The translations under genes and the position numbers were made by a program. Shown here piece after piece: positions 52,166 to 64,000 of a DNA stretch of 64,000 nucleotides; positions within the stretch are counted from its first letter, which is position 1; each line of letters opens with the position of its first letter. This stretch comes from Lama glama (lineage: Eukaryota): the NCBI GenBank assembly GCA_028534125.1, contig CM052817.1, positions 103,790,001-103,854,000 of the forward strand, in the 5' to 3' direction. The notes below the pieces were generated by a model that was given only the letters and a program-made list of their open reading frames with translations, did no database searches and was not told the DNA's origin.

Positions 52166-52644
52166 TATAGGACAACAAGCATGAATATCCCAATGACTGT
52201 TCATAAACTGCTAGTTTTATTTAGAACTTATGTCTTCAAAATATTAGTCAAAGTGATGAAATAGTTAAGCACAATGCTTAATAAGTGAGCATTCAGGATT
52301 ATATTTGGCATTGACTTTATTTAACAAAAAATTCTTGCATCATCTATTACACTAAATTAAATGAGGACGTATATAGTTCATCTGATTAAGCACCAAGTAC
52401 ATAGTGAGTCTCAGTAACAATCATACTCTCATGCTTCTAAATAAAGGTACTGTGTTTCCTTTATAAAGCTCTTGGTATTTATTTTTATTATAAACATCAT
52501 TGTAAAGTAGTGAAATAGGGACTCTTCCTGACCTGCAATCTTCCCCACGATAAAAGCACTCAGATAATCTGGTTACACTCCTCTAGAATGATTTTGTCTA
52601 AACACACAAGTTGTTTATTTCAAAGTAGCAATTTTTTTCCCACA

Positions 52645-53067
52645 ATGGTACATGGTTACACTGGTTTACCTCAATCAGCCATGCCTCCCGGTACCCATAC
52701 CAGTATGTGTTGATTGTCCCCTCCCATTTTGATACTGGGCATGGCCAGGTGATTTCTTTGGCCAATGGGACATCAGCAAACACATGGTAAACAGAAGATT
52801 ATATGTATGCACACACTGGAGCTTGTTCTTTGGGGATGTTGCTGTTCTCTCTTGAGGAGGCTTGGACTAGCTTCCTAAAGGATAAGAGATCAGATGGAGA
52901 GAAGGGCCCAGCTATTCCACAACAACCCTCCAGCTGAAGACAGCTGTTTATGTGAGTCTATGTGGGATCATCAGGAGACCTAGAGTCATAAGAAATAATA
53001 AATCATTATTGTTTTACACTAGTAAGTTTTGGGTTGATTTGTTACTCAGCCAAATATGACAGATACA
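52645..53067 (+). mobile_element. MLT1 (F/G/H-type) MaLR LTR
   Basis: tttctttggccaatgggacatcagcaaa...aataataaatcattattgtttta...ttgttactcagc...gataca. Confidence 0.8.
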
Positions 53068-53097
53068 TTAACATGCACAAACTTCTTTTATGTGTAT

Positions 53098-53099
53098 GA

Positions 53100-53172
<73 letters not shown>
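53098..53172. repeat. (TG)n(TA)n microsatellite
   Basis: Direct reading of the sequence. Confidence 0.95.
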
Positions 53173-53175
<3 letters not shown>

Positions 53176-53611
53176 TTTATAGGAAGAGATAGAATAAAAA
53201 AGGTAACTTAGCTAAGCTTTACGTTTCTCCTTATATTTTGATACAAACTTAGCAAAAAGACTTATTCTGTGTTTTATGTGTTTGACAGCAAGAAATTAGA
53301 GGAAACTATTAACTATTAAATTTGTGCACTGCACAAGCTTTGACCAGTGACTGATGCTTTGGTTAGTTACATTAGAAGCCTATCCACATAATAACACACT
53401 TTAAATTATAGAAAAATGTATTACAATAAATTTTAAGCATTTTATATTTAAATTTCAGAAACTTTAGTGGAAGCTAAATTCCAAGATGGGAGGGAGAGAG
53501 AGAAAGAGACTGAGATCGTCATTCTGGTTATATTTTTAAGAAGCAGAGAACTGAGGGATCAATCATAAACTCACCAGGCTGTTTCCTTTTTTCTAAGAGT
53601 CCCCTTTGAGT

Positions 53612-54140
53612 TGAAGGGAAGCAGAACTTGTCACCATATAATATGCTTCTCTGGTATATTGATTATTCATTTCAGCCTGGTTTTTAAGAATCAGCACACA
53701 GGTGAAGCTCTGAAAACTGAGTAGAAGATACAGTTTTGTAAGAGACATTCACATTTATAAGGGAAAATTCAGTTTTGCAAGGGTGACTCCCTTTTTGAAC
53801 CAGGGAGAGAAGGATGTTTCTAGAAACTTTTGATCAATGGAGAAGGCAATAGCTTAAATCTGGATAACAAAATTACCCTTGTTTACTAGCCATTTATAAC
53901 TCACTTTCTCCTGGCCCCCAACATCTTTTGTCTTTACTTATAGATGACATTTAAGGTGATGACTTGGGCCATTTCATGAAGTTATTTTTCGTGGGTCTTT
54001 CCTATGTTTACAGGAGGTATACATGTTATGAAATTTGTTTGTTTGTTTGTTTGTTAACTGTTAATCTGCCTTTTTATTACATGGCCATCTCAGCCAAGAA
54101 CCTAGAAGGGTAGAGAAAAAATTATTTTTCCTCTCCCACA
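53612..54140 (+). mobile_element. MER34-like ERV1 5' LTR, copy 6 (same subfamily as copy 5)
   Basis: tgaagggaagcagaacttgtcacc start and ...ttcctctcccaca end; shares aaaactgagtagaag, atcaatggagaag and ctcagccaagaac with 30558-31088. Confidence 0.88.
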
Positions 54141-54930
54141 GTTTGGGAACCTAGGATGGGACTTTCTAAGACACCATATTCTTTCTGGAGATTGCAGCCA
54201 GGATACTAGAAAACTGGCAGAAGCCAGCAAAGGATAAGAATTCTTATCCAAGTCAACTCTCCTGGATGTCATTCTGCAGTGCCCAGTCAAGAGAGGAAGG
54301 TAAACATTTCGTGTTCCTTCCTTCTCAAATTGAAACTATCAGGGCACAATATTTGTGTGAATTAGTTCCTTGGGTGTAGTAACTTTGGTAAACATTTGTT
54401 TTGAGTGTTCTTGTTTTCTATTAATCCCTTTTCTCACAGAGATGGTCATCATTTTCTTTTGTCTCTGTCTTTTGTGTCATTTGTCATAAGGAGGGAAATC
54501 ACAGATGTAAGGAAGTTTTCCTTTCATCTTGTTCTGTGTCTTCAGAGCTTGGCTTTGTGACCAGTGAGAATATTGTGTCTGGTTCTGCTAGTTGAAGGAT
54601 GCATGTGACAGCATGCTTCTGGTGGCATAGGCAGTGGATCTGAGGAGCAGCATTCTCTGTCCTACCATGTGAGTGCTCAGGGTAGTTTGTCATGAGTGAT
54701 CCTGGTACATAAAGGGCCATTGTCATCTCAACCTTCATCATCTTGTTACTGCTGTAAATGTCCCATTCCAGCTGTGTTTGCCCAGTGTCACAGGTGTGAT
54801 TGGAGGTGTCTCACATTCTTGTGGGAAACCAGAGACACTGTTGTCACTGCACCTTTGTTACCTCCTTTGACATTAAAGATCTTCACTTTCTTGGACAAAC
54901 TTTGGGGTTAAACTTTCTGGATCCTGTGAG
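54141..54930 (+). mobile_element. ERV1 internal 5' leader with degenerate tRNA-Arg primer-binding site
   Basis: tgggaacctaggatgggac (54144-62) directly after the LTR resembles TGGCGACCCAGATGGGAC, the complement of the tRNA-Arg(CCG) 3' end; no TSD after the LTR. 3' boundary approximate. Confidence 0.65.
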
Positions 54931-55309
54931 AATTGACTTTTACAGTAGATATTTCCAGTAGATATTTGCAAACCAGGTGGAATTGAGTTCACATTTGTTT
55001 TCCTATCATGGTAATCTGTTTTCTAGACTAATGTTATGTAAATGTTATAGCTTGAAGTATCTTTAGGACATATGGAAACAAAATATAAGCATTTGTTCCA
55101 TAATTTCAAAATCCTTTTTCCAGAAATAAACTATTCTCATCATTTGCAAAACAAATGAACTTACTCCTAATGAATGTCTCTCCCCTTGATTCAATTTTAT
55201 GGTAACTTCCACACTTTCACAGTAAAGTATATATTTTATTATAATTTTATTACTTTGTAAATTAATTTCTTATAAGTATTCCAAGGATTTTTTTATATGC
55301 ATAATATTG

Positions 55310-55540
55310 TGGATAAATACAGAATCTGAAAGCCAGAATTCCTGAATTCTAGACTAGATGTAACATTGCTTAGTCACATGATTTATAAGCAAGCAATTTA
55401 ATTTCTCTGATTAGTTTTTACTTTAAAATATGGGCTTAGTAATATCTTTGTATTCTTCAAAAGATTTTTGAAGAATCAAACAAGAGCACATACATGAATT
55501 TATTAATTAATATTAATGACACCGTATAAATTTGAGAGAA
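55310..55540 (+). mobile_element. MIR3 fragment
   Basis: gaaagccagaattcctgaattctagact...aagcaagcaatttaatttctctga...agaatcaaacaagag. Confidence 0.6.
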
Positions 55541-56669
55541 TATTATTGAGGAGCAATAAAATTTAAATCTGGAAAAATAAATGCATGAGAAAAGGCACAT
55601 TACTATAAGGAATCCTGCGCCCAGTTTTGAGAAATTTCCAAAACCATGATAGAATTATTTGGTTTTTGAAAGTGTTGGTTAAACATGATGTGAACCTTAT
55701 TCAAAGTGACATTTGATCTACCTTAATACATTTCAGTTACAGCTGAATTTCCTGCTAATATTTCTTGGCATTTGATGAGTGACATGTTTATCATTTCCTC
55801 TGAACACTAAGTTTTCTTGGTATAGCAAGCATTTTGGGAAAAATATCCTAGAATATACAGGAAAAGAAGTATTACAATGTTATTTGCATACCATCAATCT
55901 TCTGTTTGACTTCAAAAACACTGCTGGAATCATTTGCATGAAAACAAGATCTTTGTCTTTGAAGTTTATCTTCTCTTGCTATTTGTCTTATGCTGGATTA
56001 TGACTTCAAGTGAGGGTAAAACAGCGGGAACAGATGAACCCTTAAAAATGAAGATCCTGTTTTCATGCAAATACCTCCAATAATTACAACAGAGAAATGG
56101 GAAAGTTGTACACAAATTCTCTGACAAAATCCAATAGAGTTTTCCAAGAATAAAGAGGCTTTCATGATTTGATTTAACATCTGAAGTCAGTGAAGTCTGC
56201 ATATGTCACTTTGATCTTTAAAACCCTATGTAGTCTTGGTCCCGGAGACTTTCAGTGAGGCCTCTCAGGCATTCTGCAGTTCTCCCGCTCGAAAGGGCTG
56301 AGGGAAAACTCAGCATCACTGTTCTCTCTTAGAGTTTAGTTTGCAAACATTTGTTGTATTTGAAGATGATAATAATAGTGTGTGGTATGTTACAAATATA
56401 TGTGTATATTGTATTTGATAAGCTGTAAAAGTTAAAACATATTTCTCTGACAAGATAGTAGTTTCCAGGCATTTCAACGATAAGAATAGTTTTTGTTATC
56501 AAGTCATTTGTAGTCCCATCTCCATAAGATAAATGTTACATTTTTGTTTATTCTAAATTTGGACAGTGCTCATTGCGTATGTAGATGTCAAACCTCTTTT
56601 CTTAGCTGTGCTTACCCCACTCCTCTTTCTGAAACAGCCAACTCAGTGTATCTTTGATTTGCCTACTTA

Positions 56670-57089
56670 TTACTGCATCTCTGCTCTGCCAAGATGTGGT
56701 GGTGTCCACAGGGTAGCTTGGCTGGGGTGGTGGCTCTTCTTCCACAATGACTCACTCACATGGCTGCCAAGGGTGGTGTTGGCTGGTGGCTGGGAGCTGT
56801 GCTGGATTGTCGGCCAGGGGCCCGGTTTACTGTCCGTGTGGGTCCCACCACAGGCTGCTTGGGTTTCTTCACAGTTTGAATGCTGGGTTATAAGAGGGAG
56901 TGTTCCACAAGACAAGAATGAAAGCTACTGATCACTTAATGCCTGGGCTTAGAAATTTGTCACAGCATCCTATCTTCTGTATTTTATTGATCAAGCAGTC
57001 ACAGAGCCCAATCAGACTCAGAGGAGGGGACATGGACCCCATCCTTTGATACAATGATCAACATTTTTGCCTACTTTTAATGCACCACA
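56670..57089 (-). mobile_element. MLT1 (H/I-type) MaLR LTR
   Basis: cactcacatggctgccaag...gttggctggtggctgggagct...aagcagtcacagagccc...ttttaatgcaccaca. Confidence 0.75.
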
Positions 57090-57582
57090 ACTTATATTTT
57101 TTAAAATGAATCAGGATCCACATGTTGGCAACCAAGCTTTACTTCATCCTTCCCGAAGACAAGCACCCTTTGCCAGTCACTGTGGTGGCCTCAGCACGTT
57201 CTGGAAGGCCTGCTCTGCTGCCTCTGTCCCCTCCTATGTAGGGCCACTTGAGGATGCAGAGCAGCTTCCCAGCTGTATAAACTCCCACAGACAGTCCCCC
57301 CGGGAGGTGTTCCCTCACCCTGCATCCTTGCACAGAGAGCTCAGTCCCACAGTTGAAGTCCTTGGTGACCCTCCAGCCTCACTGGGAATAGTCAGACCTC
57401 CTGTGGCAGCAGTAGCCAAAGAGTGATGGGGGGAAATCCTACAGTAAAGAAAAGTATGGAATCCATGAAGCACTGGCTCTGCTCATTCTCTCCTGGAACC
57501 TCCGAGTGCCTGATCCTAAGGTCAGTTCTCTTTCCTGCCCACACAGGCATGAAGAGGATTGATTCTTCCTCTCTCTCTCTCT

Positions 57583-58082
57583 NNNNNNNNNNNNNNNNNN
57601 NNNNNNNNNNNNNNNNNNNNNNNNNNNNNNNNNNNNNNNNNNNNNNNNNNNNNNNNNNNNNNNNNNNNNNNNNNNNNNNNNNNNNNNNNNNNNNNNNNNN
57701 NNNNNNNNNNNNNNNNNNNNNNNNNNNNNNNNNNNNNNNNNNNNNNNNNNNNNNNNNNNNNNNNNNNNNNNNNNNNNNNNNNNNNNNNNNNNNNNNNNNN
57801 NNNNNNNNNNNNNNNNNNNNNNNNNNNNNNNNNNNNNNNNNNNNNNNNNNNNNNNNNNNNNNNNNNNNNNNNNNNNNNNNNNNNNNNNNNNNNNNNNNNN
57901 NNNNNNNNNNNNNNNNNNNNNNNNNNNNNNNNNNNNNNNNNNNNNNNNNNNNNNNNNNNNNNNNNNNNNNNNNNNNNNNNNNNNNNNNNNNNNNNNNNNN
58001 NNNNNNNNNNNNNNNNNNNNNNNNNNNNNNNNNNNNNNNNNNNNNNNNNNNNNNNNNNNNNNNNNNNNNNNNNNNNNNNNNN
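57583..58082. other. Assembly gap (500 N)
   Basis: Run of N. Confidence 1.
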
Positions 58083-58255
58083 TTTCTCCTACCAGATTTT
58101 TGGCGTCTTTATCTTTTGAAGAGGACGATGTTCTGTCGGAGTTCCGCAGGTGCTCTGGTTTGAGTGGGTCTGTAGATGTGGGTCTTGGTGTATTTGTGGG
58201 AGAGGGTGACTTACAAGCGTCCTTCTACTCCGCCATCTTGCCTCTTCATCCCGCC
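58083..58255 (-). mobile_element. 5' terminus of a young L1 running into the gap
   Basis: Minus strand ggcgggatgaagaggcaagatggcggagtagaaggacgc...; YY1-type CGCCATCTT at 58231-39; many intact CpGs. Confidence 0.8.
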
Positions 58256-59599
58256 AGTTACTTTAAACTGGCTTCTTTGCATTTCCTAACAGGTCTAAGA
58301 TAGTATTGCTCCTCAATGACTGATGATCAGAATTACCTGGAAAGATGTTTGTATAGAGTTTTGAAAATTATCCCTTATAATTCTAGTTCAGTAACTTTGG
58401 GTCAAGATGCAGAAATTTCAATCTAGATTATTTTATGTTCATTAAATCAAATGGAATTTCTAAATAATTGCTTCTATAAATGATCCAAAAAGGGTTCCAT
58501 AAACCATGACTTAAGCCCAATCTTCCCAAAGCCCTTTGGCACACTTAGTGGAAAGAAAGCACGGTATTCAACAAAGGTCAACTGCATGCACAACAATTCA
58601 TTTGCATTTAAAAAAATTTAACTAGTTGTCAAAGAGGTTAGGTAAACATACGTTCACAGAGCTGGTAGACAGAATCAGGACTGATCCTATCCATGGTATC
58701 AGGCTATTTCTCTGAAGTCATTGTTTTGGTTTCATAGAAGGGTAATAATTAATTGGATAAACACTTTCTTTTTCAAGCATTTGTTTCCATGTTTACATAG
58801 CAAGAATGTGAACACCTTTTTGTGTCATTGGTGCTCAGTGATTAAATAGGATAAAGTATTTGTAAGACTCAAATAACAGATGATAAATATTTCAATGATC
58901 AGTAATTACAGAGCAATTCGATTAAGCAGTCTTCAGAAAGACCAACATTTTATTGTGGTAGTAAAAATAATTAAATATTTTTGTTTCTTTTTCAGATAAA
59001 GTATTTTGAAACTTTAAGAGTACCTGGACTTTTCTGTTCTATAATTTTCTGATATATCAAATAAATGGTATTTTGTTACATATAAATAAATTAAACCACT
59101 TCTCCAAATGTACATTATTAGTATACATTACTAGGACATTTGTAGTAGAATTCACAGTTTTTCTGATCTCTAAACCCACTGATGAACACCCTGGCAATAT
59201 TTGATACAAATAAAACTGTGATTTAGCTATCATTTAGATTTATTTGACTACTGAGACATTTCATAATGTTAACCAAGTTTCTCCTTTAAAATCAAACCAT
59301 TGTTTGGGCTGGGAATGTTTCTCTTGTTGAGATGACATTCTCTAGGAGGATATAAATAAATAAACTTTGGATTTGGAAGAAAACGGATTTGGACCTTCAA
59401 GGAAGAGCCAGGGTGGGGCCTGGCGACCCTTCTGCTGCAGGCCCCTGGGACTGCTGCCATGCCAGTGTGTCTCCAGGAGTAAACGCCAAACTTCGGCTTG
59501 TAGTTTTGTGATCCGTCTTTGAGGTTCACTATCTTTCCTAATATGGTAAACTTTCCTTTTATCCTCATGAGTTAATGGACTTTTGTTTTTCGAATTTGA

Positions 59600-61870
59600 A
59601 CAATTTTAATATTTATATATGTAATTATATGGGAAATTAGTATCAGAACAATTCAAATAAGACAAAAGCACATGGGAAAAACCTGCTTGTGTTCCTTTAA
59701 ACTCATTTCTCCCTTTGTGTCCCACCCCTACGCTTGGTGTGTTTTATGCTAAGTCTTTTCAAAGCATGTGCTGTTGTGGACGTTGGTTTTTTTCCCACAT
59801 GTATGGAAACATTTTATCAAACTTTTTCTGTCATCTTGCATTACAAATCTCTGAAATGGAGAGATTTCATTCTTTATTCACGTTGTTATGAAGAATATTG
59901 CAATAGACATCCCCACGCATGTAGTAGTGTGCACGGGTTACACCTCTTGTAAGACAGCTTCCTAGAAGTGGAACTGTTGGGCCAAGGGTTATGCATATTC
60001 TGAATATTGAAAGATATTGCAGGTTGTGTTCTTTTAATTCCATCCATAGTGTGCAAGAAGAGGTCCTGAATACTACATCCATTTTGAAACACAATTTTAT
60101 GTATCTTTTAAATGTTGCAATTGAATACCCCAAAATTTGGTGTCTTGTTTTTGTTTTCAATTTCTTTGATTATTAAAATGTTAAATATATTTGTATATTT
60201 TGATATTTGCAGGTTATTTGCATTTCTTTTTTTTTGTAGTTCTTTGGAAACCTTGCCCATTTTTATTGGATTTGTAAGAGCTCTTCATAAATCATGAAAA
60301 TTTACCATTTATCTGTTACATAAACTATTTCTATGTCGAAAATATTTTCTCCAAATTTGTTGCTTGTACTTTAATTTTACTTTAGCATTTATTGAAAAAA
60401 AGTTTTAAATTTATAGATGATGAAATCATTGTATATAAATCTTGTAAATTTATATACAAGAGAAATCATTTAATTTTCTCTTATGACTGCTGAGAATTGT
60501 TTAAAATTCCCAATCTGGAATTATATTAAAAAATAGTATCTTATATGGCCTTCTAACTTTTTTTCAGATTTAAAAACAATTTAGATATTTAAATCTATCT
60601 GGAATTTATTTTTGAAAATTATATGAAATAAAGTATAAGTCAACTTTTCCCCAAACGTACATCTAATTTTTTCAACATTACTCATTTAACATTCCTGCTT
60701 TACAAAATATTAACATATATTTTCATATGTTTATATATCTTTACATGTACTGTATGTTTATAGACATACTACATAAGAATGCAAGCAGGCTGCATATATA
60801 CATACACACACATACATAGTCTCATATACATATAAATGTATAGTCTCACGTGTGTGTATATACACGTTACCTGCTGAGATTCATATATAGTATATTTATA
60901 TATACACTTATATATTGGAATATTTTAATTTTATTAATGCGTATTTGTTATAATTTCTGTGCTAATAACACATTATTTTAATTCATGTATTCTATAACAT
61001 ACTTTGGTATATTAAAAGGCAAGTTACTTATTCATCATCCTTTTTCTCATATTTTAGGGCGTATTGCTGTACATTAATTTTCCAGATTAGTTTCAGCATC
61101 ACCTTAAAATCCATTTAAAAATTCAATTGAAATTTTGATTATGTTTGCATTGAATTTATAGGTCGATTTGGGGATAATTTATATCTTTATAATATTGAGT
61201 ATTCTCAACCATAAAATTAACATAATTCTCTACTGATTCAAGTATTCACTTATATCCTTCATTAAATAAAGTGTGTTTTACATACGTCTTTTACATTTCT
61301 TATTAATTTTATTCCTGGGTAGACCATCTAGGACTAGATTTGGCAGAGAGTCAAGGAGGCTCAAAGTAGCAGTGGCTTAACCATGAAAGAGGTTTATTTC
61401 TCTCTCCCATGAGAATGTCTCACAAAGTGCTGACCGGGCAGCTCTGCCCCACAGCCTTAGGGGTTCTGGATCATCTGTGTTGCCTGGTCAGTTCTGGCCC
61501 TCGTTATTCAAGATCATGACAAAAATGGCAACCAGCATATCTGGGCTCCAGGAAGACTGAGGAAAGGGCACACAAGAAGGAGACAAGGAGAACATCAGGA
61601 TATCTTGCAAGCAAGGCCTCTGGAAATGGACACAGAGTAATTCCACGTATGTCCTGCCATATCCCACTGGCCAGAGTTAGATGTCACATGGCCACCTCTT
61701 GGTGGCAAGAGAGCCTGATAAATACTTCCTTAATTCTGCAACACCATGAGTTGGAAAAAAGTCCAGCATTCTATTACTATGAGAAAAGGAAAAATGGACA
61801 TTAGTGGACAACTTGCAGACTCCACCACAGTAAATACTTTTTAGTGTGTGTTGCTATAATAAACACATAT
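59600..61870 (-). mobile_element. Ancient L1ME-type 3' region, interrupted by an MLT1
   Basis: ttcctagaagtggaactgttgggccaagggttatgcat; tgcattgaatttataggtcgatttgggga; resumes after 61830. Confidence 0.75.
61322..61829 (-). mobile_element. Old MLT1 (J/K-type) MaLR LTR
   Basis: cagtggcttaaccatgaaagaggtttatttctctc...catatcccactggccaga...gtcacatggccacc...actccaccaca. Confidence 0.75.
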
Positions 61871-63054
61871 TCTTCTGCATACGTATTTTTTCACATACTT
61901 TTTCTTATGATTATGTAAACGGAGTTAAACTCAGTTATAACTTGTGAAGTAGTGTACCCGAAAGTTCTATCTAATAAAATGCAGAATCACGAGGTTGTGC
62001 AGTTAATGAAATGACCAAGGTGAGACTATGTTACAGCCTGTTGGAGTTCCAGGGTCAGACCACATGATCCGAATTCAACTTGGTGCTACTGGGGACTGTT
62101 CTGTGCTCTGCACCTGGGTAGGCTTGCCAGGGTGTCTGAGACAACTGAAGGAACAGTCAGGTCAAACGGCACCCCTTTGTTGATCCCATATGGGAAGATC
62201 GGGCTGGTAGAATCTGGAAACCCAGCAATGCACCCTTGTCCTCTCCTGCAGTTCCCTGTCCAGCATCCTTGTCTTCCCACATGCCCTCTCCCCAACAGGT
62301 AAAACTCTAGCCCGTCTTTCATTTAGAACTGGGACTCCGAGGAGGACGGTGTTATTTGCATTATGTACAAATTCCCATCAAGGGGAGACATGTTACAACA
62401 GCTTTTCAATAATACATGTACGTTGTTATAAAAGTGAAAACAAAGATAAATATAAAAAGTAATCAGAAATCACATATAACCCCATAGGTTAAAAGTAGGC
62501 AATATTGAATTTTTTCTTCTCTCTAGCCCTTTCCTTCTTCCTTCTCTCTTTTTTTTCTCTTTTTCTGTAAACTTACAAGATGACGGTGAGATTGACTTGC
62601 ACAGCTTTGCTGTTAAGTCACCCATTCTGCCACCTACAGTGTTCAAACCTTTCCCATATCATTAATCTCAGCTACTGATCTGATGGGAATTGGACCCTAC
62701 AAACAAGTTGTCTGCCAAAAGGAGATGTCCCCAGGTGAATGTTTACAATATTTTTACCCAGGAAGCCAACTTTTTGTGTTTTTTTAAACAAACCAAATCA
62801 AAACAAAAAAAAAACCCAACAATCTGTTTTCCCCATGGGCTGATAAAATGGCTCAAAATATGCTGGAATTGAGATGAAAACAAATCACTTCTGGATACCT
62901 TCGGGGCTTGCAAAGTCTAAACTAATAACTAAGGTGAAAATGTATGAATTACTAGGTAAAAAGACTAAATTATACTTTGGCAAGTGAACATTCTTGCCTG
63001 GAGTTAGATAAAACCATTCATGTCATATTCCTCATGGGCGTCGTTATCTAAGGC

Positions 63055-63283
63055 TTGGTGGCCAAGGTGATGGCTCAGGGGTCAGGCAGAGCTGGTTTAT
63101 AATTTCACTTCACCCATCCCTACAATCTTGGCTACATGATTTGTTCCTGCTAAGGCTCAGTTTCCTCATGTTTCAGCTGAGGGTAATAACAAACTTTCCC
63201 AGTAGTGATGTTGTAAGTTTTAACTGAGATAATTCATGCAAAGATTTTAGATCATAGTGAACTCAAGAAACATTAGCTATTGT
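63055..63283 (+). mobile_element. MIR
   Basis: ggctcagtttcctcatgtttcagctgagggtaataac...taactgagataattcatgcaaag. Confidence 0.75.
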
Positions 63284-63407
63284 GGGGAGGGTACAGCTTA
63301 GTGGTAGAGTGCATGTCTAGCATGCACAAAGTCCCAGGTTCAATTCCCAGTACGTCCATTAAAAAATTAAATAAATAAACCTAATTTCCCCCCCAAAACA
63401 AATAAAA
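63284..63407 (+). mobile_element. Vic-1-like camelid tRNA-derived SINE
   Basis: ggggagggtacagcttagtggtagagtgcatg...ggttcaattcccag (B box), A-rich tail, gctatt repeated on both flanks. Confidence 0.9.
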
Positions 63408-63483
63408 GTGCTATTATACTACATAATAATGGTGATTATAGTCATATTATTATATTATGTCATTATTATTTGTACTCCTACTT

Positions 63484-64000
63484 TGTGAAGATGTAAATCC
63501 AAACTCCAGTGAATCATACTGCCCTGTATCTGTGATTCCCTGCAATGTAACACCACCACTTCTCCCATAATAGGTGGAAACTATCTCTATATTCCTTGAA
63601 GCTGGACTGGCCTTGAGATTTGCTTTGGGGAAAGTGATATTGGGTGACTCCCAAGACTAGACCTTAAGAATTCTTGCTGCTCCACTCTTGCTCTCTTGAA
63701 ACACATCTGCCATTATATGGAGAATCACTGCCTAGCTTCCTGGAGGTGAGAGACCACACAGAAGACAACCAAGGCACCCCAGGCAACATCCAGTGCAAAC
63801 CACCAGATACATGACCAAGGCCATCTTGGATCACCCAGCCCCAACTGAACCATCAGATGACTGCAGCCCCATAAATAATCTCAGGAGAAACCAGCAGAGG
63901 AGCCATCCACCTGCACTCAAGCAAAACTGCTCATGAGCAAATAAAACCATTCGTGTTTTAAGTGATGTTTGCTGTTTGCTATGCAGCAATAGTTAACTGA
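63484..64000 (+). mobile_element. MLT1 (F/G/H-type) MaLR LTR
   Basis: ccttgaagctggactggccttgagatttgctttg...aggccatcttgga...tttgctatgcagcaatagttaactga. Confidence 0.8.

Noticed and set aside
30558..54140. LTR copies 5 and 6 as a proviral pair
   Set aside because: They are 23 kb apart, and the PBS follows the downstream copy, which is the wrong order.
57423..58163. Longest ORFs in the track (246 and 186 aa)
   Set aside because: Artefacts of reading through the N gap.
59269..59568. 99-aa minus-strand ORF in a GC-richer patch
   Set aside because: No recognisable homology or convincing splice context; the length is within chance expectation.
63284..63356. tRNA gene (also 47970-48042)
   Set aside because: A/B boxes are followed by an A-rich SINE tail and the cloverleaf is degenerate; these are tRNA-derived SINEs.
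1..64000. CRISPR arrays, operons, rRNA or other prokaryotic systems
   Set aside because: The sequence is mammalian repeat-rich DNA with no repeat-spacer arrays or gene-dense structure.

Overview
Mammalian, most likely camelid (alpaca or camel), non-coding DNA. The species call rests on two Vic-1-like tRNA-derived SINEs, artiodactyl-type L1 3' ends, and no recognisable Alu, Bov-A/tA or PRE elements. I cannot recognise any protein-coding gene: the ORF track is L1 debris, chance ORFs, or read-through of a 500-N gap (57583-58082). Much of the window is interspersed repeats (L1, MIR, L2, MaLR/ERVL and ERV1 LTRs, hAT and Tigger DNA transposons). Family names come from remembered consensus features, not a RepeatMasker run, and most boundaries are approximate. 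Points of interest: (1) eight ERV1-type solo LTRs packed into 18.5-31.1 kb, most with their own target-site duplications (TSDs), one nested in another; (2) a candidate RFX/forkhead regulatory module and + strand splice signals at 4.9-6.1 kb, plus a strong antisense bias of L1s, hinting at a long + strand transcription unit; (3) a multi-layer L1/Tigger1 nest whose outer L1 looks spliced or internally deleted; (4) a possible inversion through an L1; (5) an LTR with tRNA-Arg primer-binding site (PBS) and leader; (6) a young L1 5' end running into the gap. I found no convincing previously undescribed biological system; the findings are testable leads.
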